A program made the translations under genes and the position numbers. Below the pieces are notes generated by a model that was not told where the DNA came from, searched no databases, and saw only the letters and a list, made by a program, of their open reading frames with translations. A stretch of DNA of 63,496 bases, the filler included, from Hyphochytrium catenoides (Eukaryota > Protista > Hyphochytriomycota): NCBI GenBank assembly GCA_900088475.1. It is 6 parts of 6 records of this genome, joined end to end, with 100 filler letters (N's around TTAATTAATTAA, not from the genome) between each part and the next. Parts side by side here need not be neighbours in the genome. Positions count along the whole stretch, not along the records: positions 28,279 to 50,362 come from FLMG01003284.1; 5 more parts are not named here. One strand, written 5' to 3'. Shown one piece after another: positions 38,211 through 50,462 of this stretch (position 1 is the first letter of the stretch; every line of letters begins with the position of its first letter).

Positions 38211-40941
38211 CCNNNNNNNNNNNNNNNNNNNNNNNNNNNNNNNNNNNNNNNNNNNNCTCTCTCTCCCTCTCTCTCATTTCTCTCTCTCTGTCTCTCTCTT
38301 TTCTCTCGCTAGCTCTCTCTCTCTCTATTCTTCTCTTCCTCTCTCTCTCTCTTTCTTTCTCTCTCTTGTTCTCTCTCCTCTGTCTCTCTGTCTCTCTCTC
38401 TCACCCTCACACATACTTTGGATTGAAACCCTTTATTGTGGCCAAGAGAAATATGGGGATACAAAACGCTACAAGTAGACATACTATTATTAGAGGGAAG
38501 GCCCCAAACCCTGAGGCATTTTCTATATGAATCTAGGCGACCCAAGCGATTCGTCCAAACTTTTCTTCTTGATGAGAAGGAATGGCTGCTGTTGATTGGC
38601 CAAATAATGGGATAATAAGCTATCACCCTTCCCCCTGCACGTCTCCTATTGGACAGACGGAATGACAAATAACAGAAACTGTGTCTGTTGGCCCAATCAA
38701 ATGACGGAAACCGTTAATGTTAGACCTCCTAAAAGGAGTTAGGAAATCGGTGCGACTGACCTCTTATAACATATGGAAATCTTGTGTGGAAAATTCTCTG
38801 CAAACTTTAGCCTTGGAAACAGTTAGGCGAAGGGTTGTGCCTAAACCTAAACTGAACCGGATTAGACAGTGTATTATGGACACACATTTGGAGAGGTAAA
38901 CCACAGTAAGGCCTACAATCTTTATAGACTAGCTTTCGTGGTGTGTCGGGACCGATGCTGAGGACACATTCGTGGCCCAAAATAATTGTGGTAAATGTGG
39001 ATACGTTTTTGCAGGAACTGGACCTTGAGTAAGGACGGAGGGTCCTGGTTCCTGATGAAACTTATCAGCCAACGGTTCCTACTCGTGGAGGTCATCCTTA
39101 CCAGACTTTTGGGGAATGTTTCCGAAACAATTCCCAAACCGTATTTTCCATCTCAACAAACGGTTATTCATAGAGTGCAATCACATCATGGTCCCAGATA
39201 CACAGTTCTGTAAGCTGAGAAGGCAGTTCGACTTTTTGTCGCCCAAAAGTCTCCTTGTCTTTTCTGGTTTTCTCTTCTCCCTCGCTTTCCTCATCGCCAA
39301 CAGGTCGACGTGCCCTCATCAAACCAGAATAACCAGAATGGTAAAAGATGTGAACCGACACTTGCGTCCCTTCCCACCAGCCGTTCTTTTGACTGTTGAA
39401 TGGAGGCAGAAGGGAGATGTGCAAATCTGGTGGAAGAGGGCAGCCAGGCGGCACGCAGCAGCTGCACTGATGCCCACTGTAGTTAGCTGTCCAATTATCG
39501 CCTGCATATTGCCTGTCTTTGTGCTACGTTTACGCAGAAACCAGTCTCGTATGACGCAATTCCGTCCTGAGATTGTCGCAAAGAGTCTCTTCTGGCAGGT
39601 TTGGGCTTTGCCATGTCGAAGACTTTCGCTGTTCCACCAGCTGGAGTATGCCCTGTAATGTTCGCTAGTTGTCTGGGGAACAACAATGATTGCGGAAGAT
39701 CGCCAGCGTTGGGATCCGGATGTAGCTAGGGATTCCCATTCTTCGGTGCAAAATGCACAGAAGGACGGACTCTCGAGGATAAAAAGATTCCCAATGCTGT
39801 AAAACCGCTAACAATAACTCTGTATATGATGAGACAACACAACACTATGATTCTCCCCATTTGCTGTCATCAGTAGTGAAGTAATAAGCACGATGAACCT
39901 GACACTTCTTGTCCGGACTTCTCTGTTGAGAACAAGGAGTTCTCTATGGTTGGTTCTATATTTTGCAGGTGCTATCTAACCCTCCTTCCTGTCTCTTATC
40001 TGGTGGCTGACAACTCCATAATAAGAGGCTGACAGTCGACCCTCTTGACACGCAGATTCTTAGGCCAGGGCTTCCGAGTTCAAGTCTAGTATTCCTGAAT
40101 AAAGGCTTTGTGTATTTGATTTATTCGCTATAGACGTATTCTCGTAAAGGAATTTGACTGCTATTGGACCTTGCATCACAAAGCATCGCTCTTGCTTTCA
40201 CTTCAGGACTGGTTCTAAAGCGTTGATAGAGGGCGACACATCCATGAAGGAGATACACGAACAAGTCGCAGGTCCCGGAAGACAGAATATCCATGAGATG
40301 TTTCTTTAATAGTCAATAGCAATACCTTTTAGCTATACAGAGACAGTATCTAGATACAGAGATTCCTGGTAGCGTTGCGAGAAAGTGTGGAAGTGGCAAA
40401 GGAGATTCGGCTGGTCCTATTAGAGCTCTGCCCCATCCCTTTCTCCTTCTGATTGGCTCTCCCTTTGTCGAAGTTGAACTAGCAACACCGGGGGGCCAAT
40501 CACGGTCAATCGTCGAGGAGAGTCATCAACTCGAAGGTGCAGTGCCAACAGAGAGAGAGAGACATACAGAGAGAGGGAAGCTAAGAGAAAGAGAGAGATA
40601 GGGAGATTCTCCCCCCCCATCGCCACCGGATATTCCTAATGCTAAGGACCCTACGGAAAAACCGATGGCCGCCAGGTAATTGAGTCACGAGGTTCTTCAC
40701 CAGATTCTTTTCCATACATTTCCCTATACAATTTTGGCATCCTGTATGCACATCTGTACGTATATCTTAGGGGCCACCCCTTACCTACCATGGCGGGTCT
40801 TCCCCCATACCATTCCTCTAAATAGCGCTTAGCTTTAAGGCTTGTTCTAGAACAAACACCCCCCTATACCATAGGGGTCGGAGACACTCCCTTCTTCAGA
40901 GATTCTTTGAATTACTAGTAAGTGGTCGTTAAATGGGGCAG

Positions 40942-40977
<36 letters not shown>

Positions 40978-41683
40978 TGATCATGCAGAGGAAGAGAGAA
41001 CCTCCCTCCTATTGTTGAAGGCACACACTTAAGGTCGGTTAAGGTCACAAACACTCAGGTCAGAGAGACAGAGTGGCAGGAAATACGAGGAGACGTGACA
41101 GAGTGGAATTACACTTACAAGTACTGTTATTCGGCTGTAAGAGATACCGTTTTGGTTGATAGAGCGCAAAGAGAGAGGAAGAACATCAAAGAGAAAGTTG
41201 AGCGGATCTGGCCCTTCTCACTCCTTCCGCCTCCTTCTCCTCTCCACCTCAAGTGGGGAGAGCAGAGAAGAAGTGATGACAAAGGAGTGGAGAGTGTTCT
41301 CGATGGTTGGTTTGCAGGTGCCTCTCTCTCTCTCTCCCTCTTTTTCTCTCTCTCCCTTTTTTTCCTCTTCTCCGCACTCCTTGTTGGGAGGTTGGGGGTT
41401 CTCCGATGAGGATCACCTGCAACTGTTCACCGCACTTTCCCACCACCATAGGCCAAGCGGAGTTGAGGCAGAGGCAGAGAGAGAGAGAGAGAGAGAGAGA
41501 CCGTTGGTCACAAGAGAGGGAGAGGACTGACTGATGAGGGTTAGACCAACCCTCAGGCGGCTTTGTACCACTTCACCCCCTAGTGTCCAGGAGTTCCCCC
41601 CTTTCTTCTGACCTCTTTCTCACTTACCCTTCTCTGCTCCTCGCCTCCTGCTCGTTGTAGAAGTAGTAGGGACTAGATACTGA

Positions 41684-41744
<61 letters not shown>

Positions 41745-41957
41745 CCTCTCTGTCATGAAAAGATAGGCCAGTGTACCCATCACCTTTCACTTGGCCATTC
41801 TGCATTCCCCAGGCTAGAGCACAAAGCTATCCACTGCACTATCTCCCGCATATTTTCTGATCCTCTATTTGTATCACTTTCTCTCTCTCTTTCTCTCCTT
41901 TCGTTGCCCAAGCCAGCCAACCACAAGTGATACCAATCCAAAGGAGAAAAGAAAGAA

Positions 41958-42647
41958 ATGCCACTGTTTGTCTCTCCTACGATGGCAGTGCTTCAAGATA
42001 TTGACGAATCCCAGCTTCTCCAGCAAGATCTCTTCCGCTTTGGCGCCCCTTCCAGCGGCTGCTGGCAGAGACTTTACATGGAGGCATATAGACAGCAACA
42101 GCTGCAGGACGCAATGGTGACGAGAGACGCAGATGTCGAAGGAGAAGCTAGGAAAACAGCGAGAGATGAGGAGGAAGAATGGTACAGCTTTGACGTCCAA
42201 GAGACATCTCAACTTCTCCAGAAACAGATCATCGCAGAGCACCTTCAACAGCAGGAAGATGATGGCTATGGCTGGTATTGCAGCGAGGAAGAGGAAGATG
42301 GAGAGAACGATAGTATGAGCTCCGAGATCTCTTCAGCAGAGCCTCAAGGTTATAAGCGGAGGGCACTCGGTCTCTATGTAGAGACAACTCCTCTCTCTCT
42401 ACACCGCCAGTCCAGTCTTAATAGCAGCAGCAAGAGCCTCTGTCCCGCAAAGTCGGAACCAGTGGACATTCCTTATTCCCCGCGGGACTACTATTCTCCC
42501 TCTTCTCGATCTTCTGTCTCACGCGAGAGCTTCAAGGGATTAACCACTGGAAACAGTGACCTCTCTCTTGAACTGAGAGAAGCGGAGAGACTCTCTGAAA
42601 CATGCTTCGCAGAAGGAGAGGCGATGTTCGATATGGACGACCTTTGA
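41958..42647 (+). CDS. Intronless 229-aa acidic/Ser-rich protein ending in MFDMDDL
   Basis: Non-repetitive ORF with aaaATG context and stop; disordered composition; no recognised folded domain. Confidence 0.7.
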   Translation: MPLFVSPTMAVLQDIDESQLLQQDLFRFGAPSSGCWQRLYMEAYRQQQLQDAMVTRDADVEGEARKTARDEEEEWYSFDVQETSQLLQKQIIAEHLQQQEDDGYGWYCSEEEEDGENDSMSSEISSAEPQGYKRRALGLYVETTPLSLHRQSSLNSSSKSLCPAKSEPVDIPYSPRDYYSPSSRSSVSRESFKGLTTGNSDLSLELREAERLSETCFAEGEAMFDMDDL

Positions 42648-43041
42648 GCAGGGTCTCTCTCTGTCCTATAAATAGTCTATTTATTCTGATCTTTCACTCT
42701 GGAGTGGCTGATCAACGGTTAGGATGACACCACTAGTTCCAAGTTATTTGGAAAGAGACGGAAGGAGATTGTTGGGAGAGGGTGTCTCTCTCTCATCGTC
42801 TCTCTCTCTCTCACTTTTGTTGACCTACTTTCTTGTCATCTTCCCATCCTGCCTGGAGGGAGAGACAAGCTTTGTTAGCTTATTTATTTGCTGCTATCAT
42901 AAATGACTACCCAGTCAACGCGTACTAAACTGTAATAGCCAGACGCACTGTTATTTACTATCACATACTGAGTGCCTCCATTCATCGCCCTAGTCTCTAG
43001 AACTTCGTTCATTCATTTCCCTTCACTATCAGCTTGCACTA

Positions 43042-43290
43042 GTCCTCGTCTCTCCCATGTTTGGCTGAAGTACCTGCGACTCGATCTTATAACTGTGCAT
43101 TGGGCCTCTGCCTTCATTCATAGTTCAGCACGCTATGGAGGCCAATAGAGTCGCAGGTACTCATGTACAGGTCCTCTTCTCTCCCATGTTGGTCTCTAAA
43201 GTACCTGAGACTCTATAAGCGTGCATTGGGCCTCTGCCTTCATTCATAGCCCAGCGCGCTTTAGAGGCCCATAGACTTGCAGGTACTCGT
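43042..43290. repeat. Two tandem ~129-bp units, each internally palindromic
   Basis: Units start at 43042 and 43171. agtacctgcgactc (43069-43082) is the exact reverse complement of 43148-43161; copy 2 arms are 43200-43216 and 43271-43287. Confidence 0.85.
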
Positions 43291-45481
43291 ACTCATGGCG
43301 CAACGCACAGCCCACATTCCGCCTAATAATAACTGTGGGCACGCATGAGAATCAAACAGTAATGTAGGACTGAGAATCATTTAGAAGAATCAAACCTTGA
43401 TAACCTAATTAAGAGCCACGTTTCAGTCCCACCCCTCACTTCATCGAATAAATTTCGGAAGCCTTCGGAAGCCTGTTTCGTTGTTGAGACTGGGAAAAAG
43501 AGGGCGGGAGTCTGAAAGATTCATTCATGAAGCGAAGAATATTTTCTTCCCTGTGGAGTCAAAGATATATTGCGGCCCACTTCAAGGAGTTGAAGATACT
43601 CGCAGCCTTGACCAATCAGAACGCAGCAGGGTGGTATGGGGCCCTCTGATTGGCTAACTAATCTACCGTCATCAACTTCACCTTTTTGTGGTCATTGAAG
43701 GACGAAGTGAGAGAAGGAGAGAGAGAGAAGAAGAGGGAAAGAGAGGAACGAGTGCGTGATATCTAATAGGATAAGAACTAGATGGTCCTAGCCAGAGTGG
43801 AATACGGAAGACAGAGCCGCTTCAACTTCAACCTTCTAGGGTCCACTTCGCTTGCTATGGGCGACCCTCTCCTGTTTATCGTCCTTCTATCTCTCTCTCT
43901 TTCCTGTCTCTCTTTATCTCTCTCTCTCTCTCTCCCTCACTTTCCTCACTTTCTCTCTCTTTCTCTCTCTCTCCCTTTCTCTCTCTCTCTGTTAATCTCT
44001 CTGTTTTCTCTGGCTCTCTCTCTGCCTGGTTTAGTTCTTTGCCTGGCCACACTGCTTGCTTGCGATCTCCCTGCCCTTTGCAAGTTGAAGCGCCGCCGCT
44101 CCACTGCACACTATCGACAGAAATCGAACAACGCAGAGAAAACTGCTCTTTTTGCTTCCCCATCAGCACTTCTTCTCTTGGTACTTCTCCTCCTCCGGTC
44201 ATCATCCCTAACGAACAGCGCTAATTGATGCACTAAAAGAGAGGAGAAAGAAGAAGAGAGAGAAGAAGAGAGAGAGAGAGAGAAAGAGAGGGAGTTCAAG
44301 ATGCACTATAATCAACAGCTTGCTTCTCCCCTTGCGATGATGTTTCGAAGCGATCTCCTCCAACTAGATCTCCTCCAACTACTACCGTTGCAGCTTTCTC
44401 ATTCTGTGAGAATACGTAGATGACCTTCTCTTCTCTTTGTTGCAGCTGGTGTTCTCTTCCTTGGCTGTTGTGAAACAAGCTGCTTCTTTACCTGTTCTTC
44501 ATCTTCTACTCTCTCGCTCTCTTTTTCTCTTTTTTCCTTCGTTCGTCTCTCTCTCATTCATCTTTCTCTCTCTCCACATCTATAGCCATCTATAGGAAGG
44601 TATGTATATCCTTTACGTCTTGTGGTGGTTGTCTCTCTATCTGGTGCTCCTCACTTCTTTTCTCCGTCCTCGATGTCTGCCAAGCCTGTCATCATCGTAA
44701 GGTCATTAGTAGGGAATACAGTAAGGCAGGGGGTTCCTGCCTCTCTTCTGGATGGTAATGAACGTCAAGAAGATGCTTGTCAAATTTTCTCTCTTAACTG
44801 TTTCTTGTTTTCCTTCTTCATGCTCTGTTTTTAAGCGTCAGCGTAGTCTTCACATCGCCTGCCTCTCGACCATTGGCAAACGTAGTCGTCGTCCTCTCGT
44901 CACGACCGAAATCACTTATTATTAGGCGTGGGGGAGAGAAGCTCGAGAGAGAGATGACAGGCAGACAGATAGTAGGGAGAGAAGGAGAGGTCTGTGGCAG
45001 GGAGAGGAGGAGAGCCCACCATTTCTTACTGCACTCGTCCGCTGATGGCTTCTGTCTCTTTCAAACTTTATTCCAAAACCTTTATCAGTAGAAAACCTCC
45101 TTGTAGCGCTTAGTGTTGGCAGCTATGACAGACTCTTCTACTTCTTCTCCTCTCCTTCTGTTTCTCTCTTTCCCGTCCTGTCTTTCTCTCTTCGTCACCT
45201 TCCTTATCGACATAATTCAAACCATCCCAAGACTCCTCTCCTTGCTTCCATTAATAAATAATAGTCACTGCCATCGTCTCTTCTTCTGTTATTGGGATTG
45301 GTACATTTGCTCGTCTGAGTGACACTGATGAAGAGAGACTTGGAACCTTCTCTCCTCCTCCCGCCGTCTCTGCTTTCATTATTGCAGATGAAGTCTTCTT
45401 CTCCTTCTTTCTTTCTTCATCTTTCTTTTTTTCTCTCTTGTGTTTCTTCTTCATCTTAGCATTCATTATAGGATTTCTTCG

Positions 45482-46013
45482 TTGTCTACCACTTTTTTCT
45501 CTTTTGCTTCTTCTTGTTCATAGTACACTTTTCATATTTTTTTATACATGAGTCCACTCTAGTCACTTCCAAATAATTGCTCTTTTTTCAAAATAAAAGG
45601 CCAATTCTAGTCAATAATTTCTTCTCAAGAATTGGCCTTAGTTTAGCTAGCAATGTCTATAAAGGAGACTGTTTAAAGAAAAAGATATGAAAATGTACCA
45701 AGAAGAACAAGGGCGAAAACTACTAGTAGAGGCCAGATTGTCTACCACTTTTTTACTCTTTGCTTCCTCTTGTTTATAGTACAGATTTCATATCTTTCTT
45801 TTATACCCAAAAGTCCACTGCTCACTCCCAAATAATTGCTCTTTTTTTAGAATAAAAGGCCAATTCAAGTCAATTATTCTATTCTCGAAGAATTGGCCGT
45901 TTATTACCTAATAATGATATAGAGGACTGACTAGCAGCCTACTGTTTAAAGAAGAAGATTTGAAAAATGAAACAAGAAAAACAAGGGGGAAAACTACTAG
46001 TTAGAAGGCCAGA
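45482..46013. repeat. Two diverged tandem ~256-275-bp AT-rich units with nested inverted repeats (MITE/non-autonomous element-like)
   Basis: ttgtctaccacttttt starts at 45482 and 45738; both copies end aaaactactagt...aggccaga; internal ggccaattc...gaattggcc in both. Confidence 0.8.
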
Positions 46014-46462
46014 AAGGGGAAAAGATGAAGGAAGCAGCTCCATCATCCCCGCCACTAAGGGCGGCGGCCGGGGAGGAAGATCGGCAGGAAGCGGGAGCTG
46101 CGGGGACACCGAGGCGGACGCGGGGAGATTATCTTCCTCACCAACAATAGAAAAAATGCGAGAGAGAAAAAATCTTGATTCTCCTCTTGAACATCATTGA
46201 TAAGAAAGACCCCAAGGAAGAAGAGCTAACCTGAGCCAAACGTGCACGAAAATAAATGAGATCAATGTTCAGTAACCGGTGCATGGTTATCATTTCCGCA
46301 GCCTCTCTATTACTGGAGAACAAACTCTATAGGATTTGGGTGCGTATTATTACCGCCGTTGTCTGAAGAGTGGAGGCCGTTACAGAAAAACACTTTTGTC
46401 GAAAGCTGAGGAAGATCTCCAATGACCGGAAGGTTAGGACCCGAGTGCAAGTGAGAGAGAAG

Positions 46463-46496
<34 letters not shown>

Positions 46497-46657
46497 AGAG
46501 AGAGCGATGGTGAGAGGGAGAACAGAGAGAAAGAGACAGAGAAAGCGAGACAGAGGGGAGAGATTGAGAGAGAAGACAGAGAGAGGGGAAGAGGGAGACA
46601 GAGCGACAGGAAAGGTTTCTGGAAGAAGAGCGAGCGAGCGGAAGAGAGAGAGAGATA

Positions 46658-46713
<56 letters not shown>

Positions 46714-47053
46714 CTGAGGGGTTGAACCCGAAGAACAGGCATAAGCGCAAAGAGATAGTGATAAGCGTCGCGGGAAGTGATTCACTTGGAGGTCAAGTCA
46801 CCCTGACCTTTAGATTGCGGGAAACTTGGCACCTCGGATAATCGTCCTTGTCTCTCTCTCTTCCAACTTTTTCTACCCAGAGATTCTTCCCAGTCAATAG
46901 CTCTCATCTATTGTCCAAAGGATACAGAGAGATTAGGGCAAGATCTTATTCCAAAGCAAGCGTGAGTCTGGAGAAGAGACAAAGGGAGAGAGAGAGAGAG
47001 ACAAAGAGACTGAACGAGCGCAAGAGAGACAGAAGAAACTTTTCTTACAAAAG

Positions 47054-47650
47054 ATGAAGACTTTCCTTGGATTTGTCCGTGATAACAAGGGCGCGGACTG
47101 CAATCTTCTGCTGTCCCAGCTTCTGTTCTGGTTGGTCGGCTTCCCTGTGGTCCTGGAGCACGGCTGGAGCAGTGAGAACTATGACAAAAACGGCGGAATC
47201 CCAAGTGGAACGATGGGCAGCGGCGCCTTTGTAGTCACGCTCTTCTTTGCGGTGCTCTCCTTTGTCCTATGGGCTGGATATATGGTACAGAAGAACCTTC
47301 TCCTCAATTTTCATTGGTCTCTCTCTCTCTCTCTCGTTTTCCTCTCTCTCTCTCTCTCTCGTTTTCTCTCTTTCTCTCTTACTCAGCCTTCTTCGGCTTA
47401 CGTAAGTTTCTCCTGTCTGTTTGTTTCGATTGGAACCTGTCCTGCTTGGGGTTGCTTATTCACTATCTCTTTCCTCTCTCTCTCTCTCGCGTTCTCTCAC
47501 TTACGCGCGTTCTCTTTCTCTCTCTCTCTCTCTCTCGTCCTCTCTATTTTGCTCTCTCTCTCTCTCTCTCTTTCTCTCTGTCCCATGCTGTGCCAGGTTG
47601 CATACTTTATGAAGCCGGAGATGAATGATGACGAAGAAGAGGAAGACTAA
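47054..47650 (+). CDS. Small 94-aa putative two-TM membrane protein; join(47054..47284,47597..47650)
   Basis: Hydrophobic segments LLLSQLLFWLVGFPVVL and AFVVTLFFAVLSFVLWAGYMVAYFM; phase-0 GT-AG CT-rich intron; acidic tail NDDEEEED. Confidence 0.7.
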   Translation: MKTFLGFVRDNKGADCNLLLSQLLFWLVGFPVVLEHGWSSENYDKNGGIPSGTMGSGAFVVTLFFAVLSFVLWAGYMVQKNLLLNFHWSLSLSLVFLSLSLSRFLSFSLTQPSSAYVSFSCLFVSIGTCPAWGCLFTISFLSLSLAFSHLRAFSFSLSLSLVLSILLSLSLSLSLCPMLCQVAYFMKPEMNDDEEEED

Positions 47651-47999
47651 GCCCGTCGTCAAGAAGAAACGAGAGAGAGTGAGAAGAGAGTAAACACTAC
47701 TGCGCAGGATGCAGAAATCTCTTTCTCTTTTGCAACCTTTACTTTATCCCTAATCATAGCTCTTCAGTTCTCTCTCCTCAAGGATAGGGAGAAACGGCCC
47801 GAGCAGAGCACTCTCTCTCTTCTCTCTTTTCCTTATTCTCTCTCTCTTTTTTACTCTCTCTTTCTCTCTCTCTCACTTTTCTGGTCTTTACCAATTATCC
47901 AGCTCAAGGCTAATCCAGTGAGTTTACTTTATATTTCCCTACACGGAACTGGGTTGGCGTATGAATGATGAGAGAGAAAGGGCCCTTTGAACCGGAGAT

Positions 48000-48040
<41 letters not shown>

Positions 48041-48414
48041 GGAAGGAGTGACAAAGATCAATGTGAGAAAGGAAGATATGAAGAAGAGAGAGGACAGAGA
48101 CAAGCAATTAGCGACAAAGTTAAGGTCAGAGCAGCGGCGAGAGAAGGGAGAGGAAGAGAGAGAGAGAGAGCAGAGCCTCTGAGGCATTCAGGTAGAAGAC
48201 AAAGAGAAACATATGAGCGCGATGAGCATTCAAAGAAGGACAGTAGGGTGCAAGGAAAGAGAGAACAAAATCAAAAAGAAGTAGGGGAAAGCGCGAGAGG
48301 GGAAAAGGAACCTCGCAGAGCAGGGAAGAGAGAAAGAGAGACAGACAGAAAGAAAAAAAGAACAGGAAAGAGAGAGAGAAACCTCTTCCCAAGGCTTGAA
48401 CCCTTGTAGAGTTC

Positions 48415-48945
48415 CTACTGTGTCCTCCAGACTTGTCTCTGTTGTTGCCTCAAAAGTGCCCCGGCCCAGGCCACCACCTCCTGATTCTGATGGAGAAGGA
48501 GACAGTCGATCGTCTCCCACCACGAGGTAGGAGAGAGAGAGAAAGGACTGGGAGAGAGAGAGAGAGAAGAAGAAGAAAGAGAGGAGAGAGATGGAGAGGA
48601 GGTTGGAGGATGGGCCGTGAGGAGCTTCAGCACCCGAAGACAGTTAATGATTGCCCCGTCAGTAGTCTGCGAGGCGGGAGCTATGCCAGCCCAAAGAGAG
48701 AGAAAGAAAGCGAGTGAGGCAAAAGAGAAGAGGAAAGAAAGAGAGAGAGACGCAGGGAGGGAGAGAGAGAAAGAGAGACAGAGAGAGTGAGAGAGAGGAA
48801 AGAAGAAAAGGCAGGAGAGGGAGGAAGATAGGGACGCATGGAAGATGGAGAAAATTAACGGGGATGACACCACAGAAGGGAGAGGGAGGGAGAAAACGGA
48901 AGAAGAGCAGAGAGTGAGAAAGCCAGGACTAAAAGGAGAGAAGAC

Positions 48946-48998
<53 letters not shown>

Positions 48999-49690
48999 TG
49001 ACAGAAAGAGAATGGAGCACTTAAAATTGACACAGCACTCAGAGAAGACAAAGGGCAGGTTAGGAGCCGACCGAGTGAGATAGAATCAAGGACAAACAAC
49101 ATAAGAAGAGAGAGAGGAAAGGAAAGACATAACGACTTTGACAAAAGCGTTGGAAACGGAATTGATAGGAACCGAAGAGGAGGGAGTGAAGCAGATCAGA
49201 AAGGGAGCTGAATACTAACTCTCTCTCTCTCTCTCTTTCTTCTCTCTCTCTTCTCTCTTTCTCTCTCTTCTTCTCTCTCTCTCTCTTTGTCTCTCTCACT
49301 CTCCCGTATGACCATCCCTCTTTCTCCTCTTTCTCTCACGCAATATCTCTTGCCTCTTATTACCTTTCAAGATATTCAGGCAGATAGCCAGTACATTGCA
49401 TTGCAACAAAGCAGCCCGGCCAACTTCACTGGTAAAGACAGACAGATAAGGAGAGTGAGAGGCTTGGATAGGCCAGAAAGAGAAAGAAAGAGAGAGTGAG
49501 AGACCGCATAGAGGCGAGATGATTGGAGAAGCATCAGAGAGAAAGAAGTGGGTGCTAGGGCTCAGGGGAAGGAGACACGAATAGGAGTTCAGGCTAATGG
49601 ACGGACAGGGAGAACCACCGAGAGACGGAGAGAGTTGAAGACACAGAGAGGGAAGGATAAAGAGAGAGAATGAGAGAGAAAGAGGAAGAA

Positions 49691-49741
<51 letters not shown>

Positions 49742-50183
49742 AAGGAGAAAGACGGAAAGAGGGAGAAAGAGAGAGGGAGAAGAGAGAGAAAGAGGGAGAG
49801 AGAGAGAGAGAGAGAGAAAGTCGAAAAAAAGAGAGAGGAAAAAAGAGAAGGGAGATGGAAAGAGAGAACAGATCCAACGGCTGTGAAGATAACAGATACG
49901 TCGATACCTCGCACAGAGCCAGATGACGCATTCGAAGGTCAGGCGGCGCACTGCATCTGAAGGAGTAGTTGCTAGGAAAACGTCCCGTGTCCAGGAAAGA
50001 TAGTGAATGAGCTTTAGCACATGAAGATCGGGGCTCGAAGTCGGAGGAGTTGCCTCTCTTTCCTCTCTGTCTATCCCTCTCCGTCTCTCTTCCTCACCCT
50101 CTGCCTTTTTCTTTCTCTCTCTCTCTTTCTTTTTGCTATCTCTGACGTATCTCTCCGATTCCAGAACTGTATGTAGACGAAGG
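48415..50183 (-). CDS. 3' fragment of a helical-repeat (ARM/HEAT-like) protein
   Basis: Exons ~49908-50183, 49364-49428 and 48415-48680 join in phase: ...RLTFECVIWLCA-SEVGRAALLQCNVLAICLNILK-APASQTTDGAIINCLRVLKLL...LLLHQNQEVVAWAGALL. The fold call is by pattern only. Confidence 0.55.
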
Positions 50184-50462
50184 CTAGCGAGAGGACTCCG
50201 TTTGCTAAATTCTTTGTTCTTCACTCTCTCACTCCTTACTCTTTCTTTGGTACCCTTTTTCATATTCCGTAATCTCTTTGCCATTTCTCTCTTTCTCGCC
50301 ACTCCTCATTGCTCTTTCTCTCTTCTTTCCCATCTTGATCTTCCTCTCTCTCTCTCTCTCTCNNNNNNNNNNNNNNNNNNNNNNNNNNNNNNNNNNNNNN
50401 NNNNNNTTAATTAATTAANNNNNNNNNNNNNNNNNNNNNNNNNNNNNNNNNNNNNNNNNNNN

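Noticed and set aside
43042-43290. Hairpin units as CRISPR, tRNA or C/D snoRNA
   Set aside because: No unique spacers, no cloverleaf or T-loop, no terminal C/D boxes found.
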